DNA from: Isurus oxyrinchus
Taxonomy: Eukaryota
Assembly (NCBI GenBank): GCA_026770705.1
Contig: JANJGN010000006.1
Span: 148,800,001 to 148,864,000 of the forward strand
Direction of reading: 5' to 3'
DNA length: 64,000 bases
The notes under the pieces: model-generated
Seen by the model: the letters and a program-made list of their open reading frames with translations, nothing else
Told to the model about the DNA's origin: nothing
Databases searched by the model: none
Made by a program: the position numbers and the translations under genes
In this document: positions 14,501-26,930 of the stretch, piece after piece
Layout: every line of letters begins with the position of its first letter
How positions within the stretch are numbered: the first letter of the stretch is position 1

Positions 14501-14769
14501 TAGTTTCTGAAACAATGCAGCTGACATTGGCTAGTTTACCATTTTTTACATATGCACCAACATGTTTGCCCAATTAGTTTACCAGTCAATTGTTGCACAA
14601 GCTGATGTTGAATATTTATAATTAAAATCAGAACTGGGGAATTGTGTACTATGGCAACAATATACATTATCTAAATTAAAACCTTGCTTTCTTTTAGGTT
14701 TGTACACAATGATATGTTATAGTTCAATTACTCCCAAATACAAGATGTTGAATTAAATGTTGCAATGTC

Positions 14770-15110
14770 ATCTAATTCATATGTTGGTTCCTAAGTAGCC
14801 ATGAATCTTATGTTTGAGGTACACAAATAATTCCAGGTTTGATCTCCATCTGTGCTATTAATTAGAATAGTAAGGGAGTTAACATAGCGTTAGTACCCCT
14901 GGCATACTATCCAATGATCACTGCTGGAAGTGAAAATGTGGAGATATCACGTGAAGGTAGTGTCATTATTTGGTTGCAATATCTTCAATGGTTGAATAGT
15001 GGTCAATTCTCCCACCTAACAAATCATCACTTGGTTGAAGTGCAGAAGTGTGACTAGCACCAGTGGAACCATGCTGTATCTGGAAGTCGATGCTTCAAAG
15101 AAGGAAATAA
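14770..15110 (+). repeat. Ancient dispersed SINE-like family (other decayed copies near 130-260, 23250-23780, 30870-31560, 52990-53320, 56995-57390, 61350-61850, 63530-63700)
   Basis: Shared motifs recur on both strands: ggtt.gatccc.gtct.tgctgag.tagctgat, tatccaa.ga.c.ctgctggaa, ggctgtgatg, gtggaacc.ta.cccagcaa. Confidence 0.55.
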
Positions 15111-18100
15111 ATTAATGGGGTTGGGGGAAAGAGTGGTGTTAAATTGCTAGACTAATCTGAAGCAAAGTACATTCAATTACAACTGATTCATCTCAGTAAG
15201 TGTTTACTAGGCAAAAATTAGAACAAAACCATTTGTGAAGTTGCAGCTATCTTTGGTGCCTGTAATGCTTCCTAAAACATTGAACTTGGAATTTGCCCCA
15301 GTTTGATTCAAAGGAATAAATGACAAACATACAAGACATAATGATCAAAAAAACTCCATAGAGTTCTCTGCTCCCTAAATCAGGTTGCATGCATTTTTGT
15401 ATTGTGATAAATTATGTATTCTAATAACATATATTCTTCACCATTATTTCTTAAGTCCAAAGAGTCCATCATTACTGTTTACAATGAATAGTAATTTATT
15501 TCTCACCATGATTAAAATCAATAGCAATTTATTTCTCACCACATGGTCTTTTTGGGGGAAAAGTATGAGATAGGGCTAATGCTCTAAGCCTTGCTTTGTG
15601 ATGTATGGTACTTTTTGACTATTGGCAATTTGCATTGGCACTTGAATTTATAATACGAAATCAGCATATGAATAAGAAATAAAAGTCAGATTCAATAACA
15701 GCTTTTTAAAAATATAGAGAAAACTTTTGAAATTAATCTCTCCTTCACTGTGGCTCAAGCTATTTGGAACTTGAATGGCGGATGTCAAGTTGCTTTGCCA
15801 CACTGAATACAACCAAAAAGCCTCAAACAATATCTGTTTCATTGCAAAGGGGTTCTTTTGAAGTGACCATTTTTAATGTCAGCACAGTAGTTAATTTAAT
15901 ATCCTCGATTTATTTAAGTAACGGTTTCTCTTGGCTCGTCTATTGGATTGTACGGTTACCATTTTGGTATAGTTATACATGTTGGGGCATTTAATAGCAT
16001 GTCGGTAATGTTTATGTAGGAAACAGGCAAGCGCAGTAAAACCACCCTGACACCCGCCCACAGTACAATACTTGTGTATTTATCTCCTTTTACAGAATGG
16101 GTAAACGTCGCCATAGAAACGGGAGCACCAGGATGTAGAAGATTTAAAGGGGCTATAATCTTTAACGCGATAATTGATTTTTTTTTAAAATCGGCTTTTT
16201 GCGGCATTGTTCTGCTGTACAATCGTACTGAATTACTTTGAAGAGTTCATTATGAAAGGATAGTTTAGAATCTGCACAGCAATGTTATGTTTTGCCAAGA
16301 AGATAGTCAAAGGTTCGGGTTTTTGCCTGGGAGACACAGAGAATCAACCCTGGTAGCCACCAAAATAATATTAGAGCCATATAATTGAGAATCGCATTCA
16401 AAAAAAAATGATACTAACAAAGTAACCTTGTCATTTAAAAGCTCGCACATTCAGTAACGGAAACGCCATGTCTCCGTCCTGCCCTCGCATGTTGAATGCT
16501 AAGTTAAATGTGGTAAAATAATGAATCGTTCTTTTACTTCACCATTCACGATTGCAGGTCCAATTCGGTATCTGAATGTCAGAACCTGGGAAAGCTATTT
16601 ACTATTGATGCAACTATTAAAGAACATTTTAAGCATGGTGGATTTAATTTGTGAGGGGGGGGGGGGGGGGGGGGAGGGTAGGGTTTGACTGGGAATAAAA
16701 CCAGCCGGGACTTGCGTACTACGGGGGAGAAGCTGTGCGATAGTCACACTTAATTCCCCCGACCCCTGTGAGGTACCGAGGAAATCGTCAGTGTACTGTT
16801 TTAATAAATATTATCAGATATTTCCAGCATTTCCCCTAAGCAAAATGATGACGCCGCGGGAAAGGGTGTTTCAACACGTTTCGAATTACGTTTCAAGTGC
16901 TCCTCATCTGGTTGCGAATTCGGTAGATGTTTCTTCCCAGTAAATTGGAAGATTTATTTAAATATTATGAAGCTATTTATTGTAACTGATATTAAACGAG
17001 GTCGGCCGTAAACGTGCAAGAGAGGCTGCTTAATGTGCACCGCCCATTGAACCACGGTCTCCCTAGCTGATCTTTAGAGAGCAGGTTAGTTTTCCTTTTT
17101 ACCAATTGTTGTTAAATAGCTTTCGCTCGGCCGAGCTGTGACCCTCCACAACTCGGCCTGGGCTGCCAAATGCCCCGGCCCCCAGCCCCCAAATTACCTG
17201 AGAGCATCAGCAGTGCTGAGTGAGTGTGTTGTGTGTGGGGAGGGGAGAACCCCTTCCTGTATTTGTTCTCAACAGCTGCAAAACTCGATTTGTACACAGG
17301 AAAGTGGAGGTGGGTGCGGGGTGGAAGGCGAAACGATAACCTTCTAAACCGCACCTGACTTGCTTCCGGCTGATCCAATGGCTGTGGAAAAGCAGACGTC
17401 GCTTGTTACCAGGTGAGTTCCTGTATACAGCATTCTTTAAATAGCCCCGCAGAAACCCGAGCCCTCGGACTGATCACACAGCGCCGTCTATCTCGCCAAT
17501 TGCATTGTGGCACTACAGACACTTCACAATGGGCAACAGAATTGCACTGTGGGTTCATACTACAGCTCTTTATAAGCAAGTCCGCTCTTTTGAAGAGTGG
17601 ACTGGCAGTAGACTTTTTTTTTAATGTTGAGATCTGTACAGTTGATCGCTATAGGCAAATTTGTTCATGTATTCGACTTTGACCAGGTACAATCTGGAAA
17701 ACCCAACAAAAAATTATTCTGCCAATATACAATAAAAAGCGGCAACTCAACCATATAAGCAAAATGTATTTGTATATTTAAGAGTATGCTAAGTAAGCAG
17801 ATAAGGGAGAAAGAAATGGGATGTTTTGTAGGGTGCGATGAAGGCGGCACTTGTATGGAGCCTAAACTTGCAAGGACCTGTTGGCCCGAATGATCTGTTC
17901 CTGTGCTGTAAATGCTGCTTTAATACGCACAAATCGTGCGTATGCAAGCCTCTAAGAGACTGGAGTAGTTCAATGGGACCAATGGCATAACCATTGCTTT
18001 TCATGCAAAAATGAGCCCCTTCTGTTCTTTGCACAGAAGAATCGGCTCAAGTCGATGAGTAAGTACTGGAACGCAGGGAGTTCTTGTGTTACACTCTGCT

Positions 18101-18562
18101 GGTAAAACACAATCCATTATTAACAGACTGAAAGAATATACACCTCGCTTTTACAGCAGGGAAACAAATCCGTACTTCTTTCAGTCAAAAATGTGACTGG
18201 AATGTTTGCTACACGGTGTTGTATCGGCAGCGGCCGATAGACACAAGCCACAGCATTAGAATTTACTGCAACAATGAATGGGGAAATGCCTGGCTGTCCT
18301 AGAGACTGCAACCGTGTTTGGGAATGCTCCTGTGAGAAGCTTGATTTGCACTGAACATATTTATTTCTGGTACAGTTTAATCCTTTTGGCTGTCTAGTGA
18401 GAAAGGTAATCGAAACACTCAGAAATCTTTAGGGATGCAATGAGACGATAAGATTCAGTGTCTCCAAACAATGACCACATTTTTTCATTGAAAAAGTTGT
18501 GAACTGTGTACAAATATTTATTGTCCTTTGATGTCAAACTGAGCAGACGTGTTAATTTCCAG

Positions 18563-18614
18563 GTCTCGGAGACGAGGATGAGCTCATTCAAGATGGTTTC
18601 CTGTCCAGGCTCAG
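18563..18614 (+). CDS. LIN28B: Candidate distal alternative LIN28B exon (VSETR-MSSFKMVSCPGS-G|), ATG at 18578
   Basis: Acceptor ttaatttccag| and donor TCAG|gttggt. ATG to donor is 37 nt (phase 1), matching exon 2. The peptide resembles the recalled human alternative LIN28B N-terminus (..KRMRSFNQVSSAPG|GASKG). Confidence 0.6.
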
Positions 18615-20454
18615 GTTGGTTGTTCTCTTTTTTTAAAAAAAAAAGCTTGCGAAATATATGTATATATGTGTTTTTGTGGCATTGAAGCACGGTATAATCT
18701 GCATTTCTTAATTAATGGTGCTAAGACAAAAGCACTGACTTAGCAAAATGTAATGTAATGACCCTTTAAGGAGATAACGAAATTGAGGAATCATAAGTTT
18801 TGCTAAGTAAAATGGAAAAAAAATTTTACCCATTCGGCATCATTGCTCATCACTTTTGCAAAAATGATGTCGTTAGGGACACTTTTGGGAGGGGGGAGGG
18901 GGGGAATGAGTTCTGAAGCCCAGTATAAAACTTCAGCAAACATCACAGTTGTGACAATTGATTCAATCAACTTCTGCGCAGTTGGTAAACTCCTGTGGCT
19001 TCTTGGGGGTCGTTTGTGATTTATTTTAAACAAGCATCTTAGATCCACGAAGATAAAAGCAAAATACTGCGGATGCTGGAAACCTGAAACAAAAACTTTT
19101 TCCCAGCTATTTTTTATCTTAGATCCACAACTGTACCAAGGGATATTGTGTAAGGGCCTTGTGATTGGGAAGCAGTTTCGATTCAACTGAAGATGTTGAC
19201 CAACTACTGTTTGTATGCTTAGGTACTCGACTAAGCTCACCCTCTGAAGGCATAACGTCCTTAATGTTTTTCTTCATTTTTTAAAAAAAAAATTTCGCTG
19301 ATGAAGCTTGAAAATGTGAAGTTCATTTAGGAAACGGCTTGTTAGGGACCGATTTTTGCTACAAATTTGTGCCATCAGCCTGAGCTGTGTCCGCAACCAA
19401 ACATTTGAGGTTACTCTGTTGTTGGGTTATAGCCCGTATCTGGTACCTTTTTAAAAAGAGAAAAAAACAAATCAGCTGTGGAAAACAGCTTTGCCCAGTT
19501 CGACAAACTGAGAGCGGAGACTCGATGGAACATAGCACTTTGCGGAAGAATGTTTCCGATGGGCTGATGTGGTAGCCAAAGTTGGAGAAGAATCTTCTCC
19601 AGCTCATTTTTTATATGATGGACTTGGTGTAGCTTTCGTCCTAATAACTTTCCAATATCACTGTATAGCGGGGGGGGGGGGGGGGGGGGGAGAGGGAGTG
19701 GAACTTGTGGTTCCCTTTAAAAAACCACCCCAGCTTCCCGTCTTCTCTCCCCTCCCGATTCTGCTTTACAATGTTATGATGAGATTCGCATCTTAAGAGT
19801 CAGGTTAAACCGAACGAACTTTGTCCAGCCGTGTGTGTGTTAGAAATCGAGCAAAAAAAAAAAACTGGCAAATAAGCGGAAATGTGAAAACTGGTGTGCA
19901 GGAGTGAAAGTGACCCCCCTCCTCTACAGTGCTCGCTTTTTTTTTTCTTTCTGACACGTATTAACCGCGGCCGCTGATAACGAAAAGGTCAAATCACTGC
20001 GCGGAGTGGAGTTGCTATTACATGTGTGTGTCTGTGGAGCAAGGGCTCGCCGCTCGGTTCGGATATCCTCGACACACACACACACACACACACGAACGGT
20101 CCAAGTCAGCCGGGCCAGCGCTGTTTTAAAAACTCTTAATGCACGGGAGGGAGTTGTATTATTAGTTACCACCCCCCCCCCCCCCAAAAAAAAATATACA
20201 TATACAGAATGAAAACAAATGGGCTTTCCCCACATCCCCACTGTCTGTAGTTTTCTCATCTGTTTCGTGTACGCACAACTGCACGGGTAGTATTCTCAGC
20301 ACTCCGGCTTACTAAGGGATGCGGAACACACAGAAGGTGCCCCTTACTTATCTGACGGTTTGCAGTGGTTTTGCTGCCGGCTGGCCGTGGTCTTCAGTGG
20401 ACACTCGGAGTCCATCGTGTGGGCTCGATTCCAGCAGCATTCACTCGCTCGTCT

Positions 20455-20525
20455 TCTCTCTCTCTCTCCACCCCCCACCCCCCGTGTGTGTGTGTGTGTG
20501 TGTGTGTCTCTCTCTCTCTTTCTCA
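20455..20525 (+). repeat. Compound (CT)n/(GT)n microsatellite; a (CA)n run also lies at ~20072-20093
   Basis: Visible dinucleotide runs inside the CpG-rich domain. Confidence 0.9.
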
Positions 20526-23500
20526 CTGACTCGGTCACTCTCTGCTTCGGCTTCCACCACCAATCGCAGAACACTGACAGCACCACCTGCCAGAAAGGGA
20601 TTTCCTCGAGGCGCGTCATCCGATCGACACAGTCCTAAAGAACCAGGAGCCGTCACACGTCTCACTTTGAACGGCGACGAAGAGTCTCGTTCTACAAGGA
20701 TGATTGGCTGATGGAGGCTTTCACACGGATTGAGGGCAAGCAGGGTTCTCAACTAGTCCCACCCTCTTCTGGGTTTTTTTTCCCTCTCTTTTGGACTAAT
20801 CCCAATGTCAGCAAATCAAAAGCGAAGTGCTTCTGTCTCCTCCACCTCACACACCCCCCCCCCCCCCCCCCCCTCAGCTCCTTTAAGAAAGGTGGAAAAT
20901 ACTATTTTGTGTGTTTAATGTTGGAAATTGGACGGGGGCAGGAGTTATCTTTTGAAATATTCCGAATAATTCAGCCGCCTCAAATTTCTGTAGCGTTAGT
21001 ACAGCTGTTGGTTTATTTTCCTCACTTTTTTTCTTTAAAAATGGTTACCCCTAAATCAAGCCAGCAGAAATTAGTTCATGACCAAGAAGGTCACCAATTT
21101 AGCTTCCATTCCTGCCTGGCACTTTTTGTGCTTTGAAGATAAATTGCCAACCAGGCTCCATGATTTAGGGAACCCCCAGAGATGAATTTCCCAGATGGGC
21201 ATGAAAGCAATATATTAGTACACCACTGTCAGAACTGCAAAACCATGACTAATGTTCACACTTGGGTTTACCCCAGATGGTGAGTTGTTGATCATGCTCT
21301 TCCTATTGACCATCACACCAAACAATTCAAAGATGCCTCCATGATCAAAGGGAGGGAATTGCCTGGCGTTCAACCTTTAACCACTGTTCAGAACCCTGAA
21401 ATGTCCGTGCTGTCTGACGATGGAACAGCATTGATCTTCAGCATCACCCAGATCAATGCACACCTTCCAGCAGAATGCAAATTAAAAAGTTCATTTGAAG
21501 AGGACAGTCTTCTGTTGATGATGGAGCAGCACTGAAGATGATTAATTAATGTGGTGCAATCCTCCTCACCCCACCGAAGGTGACAATAGAAGCTGTCATT
21601 TGTTGAGGTGTTTACCGAGGGAGACAAATATAATTTTGCAGAGTATTTCAGGTATTTGTAACATTTATTTGACTTCCAGTTGTAGATGTAGTCAAAATTT
21701 GGTTTCTAAGCTTTTGGTCGATTTTATAATCCAACAACAGAAATGGCGTTAGTTCAAATGATTCATAAAAAAGTCTGAATTAAGTATTCTAATATGGTAA
21801 TATGATTCTGGATAGTTCCAACAGATTGCTGTTCCGTACAATGAGACATATTTTATGCAAATCCTGGACGAAGACCTCCCAAGACTTGATAGTAATAGAA
21901 AAATTGTGTTTTATTTGTGGTGAAAGTTGTTAAACATTTGACTGTTAGTCTGAAGTACAGCTTCACAAATGCAATAAAATACTGCATATTTCCATAGTCT
22001 GTGTATATTCAATACCTAAACTGGGATAATTAATAGGCCCTAATTTAAATAAAACTACTAGTTGCCTATCAACAGTAATTATTACAGTGTACAATTCAAA
22101 CAGGGGGTGGAGGTAGCTACACCACAGAACATCTATGAAGTGGCAATTTGAAGTGTATATATTAACTGGATTCCAAATCTATACTTGCAAGGTGAAATGG
22201 AATCCTACTTTTAATCTTGATGACTGGACATGTAATTATATTGAGTTAATGTTGACTAAGAATGCAAATATAGTTTAAGTACATTCAGAAACAGGCAAAT
22301 TCAATTAATGAACCTCAGTTTGATATTTCACAAGCAGAGAGAGTATACTTTATATGTGTGTGAGAGATTGCATTTTTAAGAATGTAAACATTGCTCTGCT
22401 GGCTGTTGCTGCACTAACATCCAAGTTTACTGCACATGCTCTGTTGCAAAATGAAGAAGTAGCTGAAGCTCAATGGAACATGTGTATCTGCTCTTTGTAG
22501 AACTTCTCTGCCAACCTGAACCATCCTCTTTTGTCTATTTGTAGTGAAGTGATCAGTTTTGTGGCTAAGTTTGGGTAGTTTCCTAATTCGGATTCAAGTC
22601 TCAATTATGTATAGTTTGGGTCATGTTAATGTTTGCTAATCATTTTTGCTTCTTTTGCGGGTGGGAGTGGGCTCTGGCAGTGGAATTCCAATGATTTATA
22701 CATTTTAAAGTCCAATTATTTCAGTGGATTTTAAAATTATTTCTCCAGACAAATTTGGATTGGTTTTTAGTGGGCCTGTTTTATCCAATGTTTATGTTAA
22801 CCACTTCTCTTTCACTCATATTCTATGGTAGTCACACCCCAGTCACTCACTCTCTGGAAGTGCTGACTCATTGTGACATGGTTGCAAGGGTGTCAGCAAG
22901 CATCTGTCTGGTATCGTTTACCAAAGAGACCATTCTTCCTGTATAAGGTTAAATAGTCATGTCAGCAGTCTGTTTGACCATAGAGTATTTACCTGATGAA
23001 CACTGAGTCAGAAGCAGAGCCAGAAACATTAATTCCATACCTGTTAAGGTTGCTGAGACCAATTTCAGTTTGCTTATGAGAGTTGCAGCTGAGCTGAAGT
23101 AACTCAGCACTAACAAGAGACCATAGTGATCCAAATGGCTCATTATCACACCAGGTGCTGTATTTACCCAGTAGTGGGCTTCCAGATGTTCTTTCACAAC
23201 TTCCACCCATATCATAGCGCATAAATCCAGCTCCTGCTATGTTACTTAGCCCTAAAGACCAAAAAGGTGCATGTTTAATCCTGGTCTATGCTAGCATAGT
23301 TGCTCTCCACTGGGACTCTCTTCAGGGACTGCAGTATTCTCAGGATGGGAAAATATCTAGTGTTGCCACTCCAGATAATTATGCACTAACATCCCACTTG
23401 TATGGAGGTGGCCCAGTATAAAGGAAGCAAAACAAGGCAGTTTCCTCCCTGCTGAATACTATTCTGTAATCTCTGGATACAAGTTAGAAAAGCATAAGGC

Positions 23501-24149
23501 TTGAATGTAACTTGTTACAAGCAACCTGTCAAGACTTAGTAGCAAGACTCAATGTGAAGAATAGCTATTTACTGGAGGGATGTAGTATCATTTTCCAGAA
23601 TAAGTCAATACCTTTAGGAGAGAATGGAATTAGAAAGTTTGTCAAAAAATAAGCAGCTGATGTTCACTGTTTAGGCTGAGATTTGAAGAACAGCTACTTT
23701 GAGATATTGGAAGGCTGCTGAATCTGTGGAACTATACCCCAGCAAGTACTGGCATCCTCAGGAGAGGAGGGACAAAACTGAGATGGTGTTACTGCATGTA
23801 CCATGGGATTTAAAAGCAGAACCATGTTCTGACAGGCAAACATTGGTCTAATTGTTAAATGTTTGTAAAAACTACAAAAATTATAAATCTCAACAAATAA
23901 AAAATATTATAAATACCCAGCAAATCAGTTAGCACTTGCAAAGTGATAAGATTAGTTATGATGTTATAAGTGTGTCCCTTCTTCAGAATTATTTCTGTTT
24001 TGATTTTGAAAACGTATGTGGGAAATTTTTACTTCATTTTTTTTGCCACTGCAAGCCAAATATTTCTACACTATACCAGAACAACATCTGTGGCATTACT
24101 TATACTGAACAAAAGGATATAGAAAACTATTTTTCAGCAGTAGGTGTTT

Positions 24150-26410
24150 TAAAGTGCATTGGTGAAAGTTAAATATTGGAGAGTAGGATCTATTTAGAAA
24201 GTATAACAAAGGGAGAAGGGGAGGTGGAGTACTTGCACAAATTCGAGATAACATAGCAGTAGAAAAAAGGGACATAACTAACACTAAGATAGAAATTGAA
24301 TCCATGCAAATTGAAATAACAGATAAGAAATGTTTGATCCTGCTAATAAAGGTATTCTACTGACCACCTAATAGTGGAATGGAAGTGGTGAAAGAAATAA
24401 GTCAATGTTTGAAATAAGTAAAATGCATGGAATGATTTTCATGGGTGATTTCAAGTACCCCCAAATAAACTTGTAAGACAAGGTAAGGAAAGGGGAATGG
24501 AGATTTATTGTGTGTACAGAACTCCTTGTTTTTTACCCAATACATAAAAATGCCCAACAAAAGAGGAATCACTGCTAGATTTAGTAATGGGAAATGAATT
24601 GGAGCAAATGGGAAAAAAGTAAACATGAGGAAACATCTAGTCAATAGCAATCACAAAAGAATAGGATTAAAATTAATGATCAGAAAAACATAAGTAAATC
24701 AAAAACCAGATTAATAGATTGTAAAAAGTATTTTGAGGAATGTGAATGGAACTAGGGGAAATAAACTAGAAAGGAATACTGACTGACAGGGCAACAATAG
24801 TAAGTATTTTAAAAGGTGATCAATAGAATTCAGGAGAAATATACTTTACTAAAAGAATAAAAACAATCTAATAATTAAAGACTATGGGTGAAGGAAGAGC
24901 TGAAAACAAAATTAAGACTAAAGACAAAGGCAGAAACTAAGTACATAGACCACAAAGGAGAGAATAACAAAAGGGAATCTGAGGTTAGGAAAGCAATAAA
25001 AAGAAAAATTAGGAAAGCAAAGGAAAACTAGGACATGGCAGAATTTTTTTCATATGTCTTGATAGAAATACGGTCACTAAGAGATGTACAAAATAAACTC
25101 ACAAGTAATGACGTGAAATAGCAGACGTATCGAATAATTACTTTGCCCAATCATTTACCAGGGAGATTAACCAGGTGGATATGTCATTAGAAGATGAGAT
25201 TTTTTTTAAAAATTCCGTCATTCAAGATGGAAAGGGGCAATAATAAACTAACCAAACTTGCCAAGGATAAAGTCATGGGTCTCAATGTACTTTAGTTGTA
25301 CATGCTAAAATTCGTTAGACAGTGGAGGCACTATTATATATTTATAAAAATACATTAGAAAAAATATAGTGCCAGTGGGCTGGAAGACAGCTAATGTTGT
25401 TTGTTTATTTAAAAAAGATGAAACAAGTCCAAGCAAATATAAATCAGTTAGTTAACTTAACATTGAGGATAGCAAAGATAATGGAATCTTCATTCAAATT
25501 TCCATTAGAAAAACATCTGGAAACAGAAAATATAATAAACAACTAACATGGATTCCAAAAGGGAAATAGAAACCAGATAATGTTAGAAATACTCAGGTCA
25601 AGCAGTATCTGTGGGAGATGGAAACAAATTTAATGTTTTTGGTGAGTGACCTTTCATCAGTAAGTTCATCAGTTCTGGATTTTTAAAAAGGCCTTTAATA
25701 TGAAGTAGTAAACTCATGACTAAATTAGGGGGACAAGTAGCTGAATGGATAGCTAGCTGGGTAGAAACTGAAAACAAGAGTAGGTGTTCAAGTTAGTTAT
25801 TTAGACTAGTGGTGGTTGGGAAGTGGAATTCCACAAGAATCAGTACTGGGACCACCACTCACCATCTTTTATACCAACAGTTTAGACTCTGGAATCTGAA
25901 GTATAATTTCTAAATTTGGGGTTGATGCCAAATTGAGGGATATAGTTAATACTGAGGAAGATAGCAAGCAATTAAGGGGATATTAATAAACTTGCAGAAT
26001 GGTTGTGTGAATGGTAATTTTAATGTAGATAAGTGTGTGGTTGGTTGGAGGTATAAGGACACCACATACTCCTTTGAAAATAAGATATATTCACAAATTA
26101 TTAAAAATAACAACACAAGTTAACAAGGACATCAAAAAATTTAATTCCAGCTCGGGTTAATTTCTATTGGAACAGAATTGAAAAACAAGCAAATAATAGT
26201 AAATTTATAGAGCCTTGGTTATACCAAATTGGACTACTATGTACAGTCCTTGCTTCTATGTTATACAAAGGATGTATAAACACTGGAGAAGGGCCCAAAA
26301 ATATTTGCAATGATGATACCAGAACTAAAATGTTACAATCATCAGGAGAGACAGAATTGGCTGGGGCTCTTTTCTCCAGAAAAAAGGTGGAGAGATGACC
26401 TCTTGCTCCT
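24150..26410 (+). mobile_element. Old, heavily decayed CR1 LINE ORF2 (endonuclease through RT)
   Basis: Remnants include gggagaaggggaggtggagt (GRRGGGV), tggaagacagctaatgtt (WKTANV), caacatggattc-like sequence (HGF) and ggaattccacaagaatcagtactgggacca (GVPQGSVLGP-like). Many stops. Confidence 0.8.
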
Positions 26411-26589
26411 TCTCTGCTCTGGTGGAAGTAGTCCCAAGTCACTCTTCATAATTGTGTTTTCCATCCTTGGCAAAATCCTCGTAATTGACTCTGTATACTT
26501 TCTGCGGTTTTAATGCCACTTTTATAATCAGGCATTCAAAATGTTATAGCTTGCAGTAATGATGACAGGTCACTTGTTCTCGTGCCAAC

Positions 26590-26930
26590 ATTGGTTCAGT
26601 GGAAGCACTCTTATCTCTCTGAGTTGGAAGGTCATAGGTTCAAGCTCAACTTCAGAGACTTAATCACAGTACTGAGACAATGTTTGGGTTACAAACTTTC
26701 AGGTAAGACATTAAACCATTAAAACTTTAAACCAAGTTCCTATCTGCCTTCCCAGGTATAAGCAGAAGATCTAATGGTGTCGTTAAAAGGAAATCAGGAG
26801 GTATCTTGGCATCCTTCAATTGATTATCTGGTCATCTATCTATCACTCTTTGGGGGACCTTGCCATAGACAAATAGTTACTGTGTTTGCCTGCAATACAA
26901 CAGTGACAGCATATCTAAAGTACTTCAAAT
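26590..26930 (+). mobile_element. Deu-domain SINE copy (decayed)
   Basis: ggttcagtggaagcactc..ggttcaagctcaacttcagagactt..gattatctggtcat..acaacagtgac; similar to 45199-45597. Confidence 0.65.

Larger units (their letters stand above)
15900..21000. promoter_or_regulatory. CpG-rich domain, candidate distal promoter region
   Basis: CpG enrichment; RFX X-box-like GTCGCCATAGAAAC at 16107-16120; strong donor CAG|GTGAGT at 17412/17413; ATTGG at ~20703; contains the candidate exon at 18563. Confidence 0.55.

Noticed and set aside
16096-16100. 5-nt microexon ttttacag|AATGG|gtaaac supplying an ATG in phase 1
   Set aside because: Very short with a mediocre donor, and adjacent to a probable RFX site; cannot be supported without transcript data.
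20319-21136. Cluster of 90-140 aa ORFs
   Set aside because: Translations are dominated by microsatellite and homopolymer products (VCVC, THTH, PPPP) with no domain similarity.
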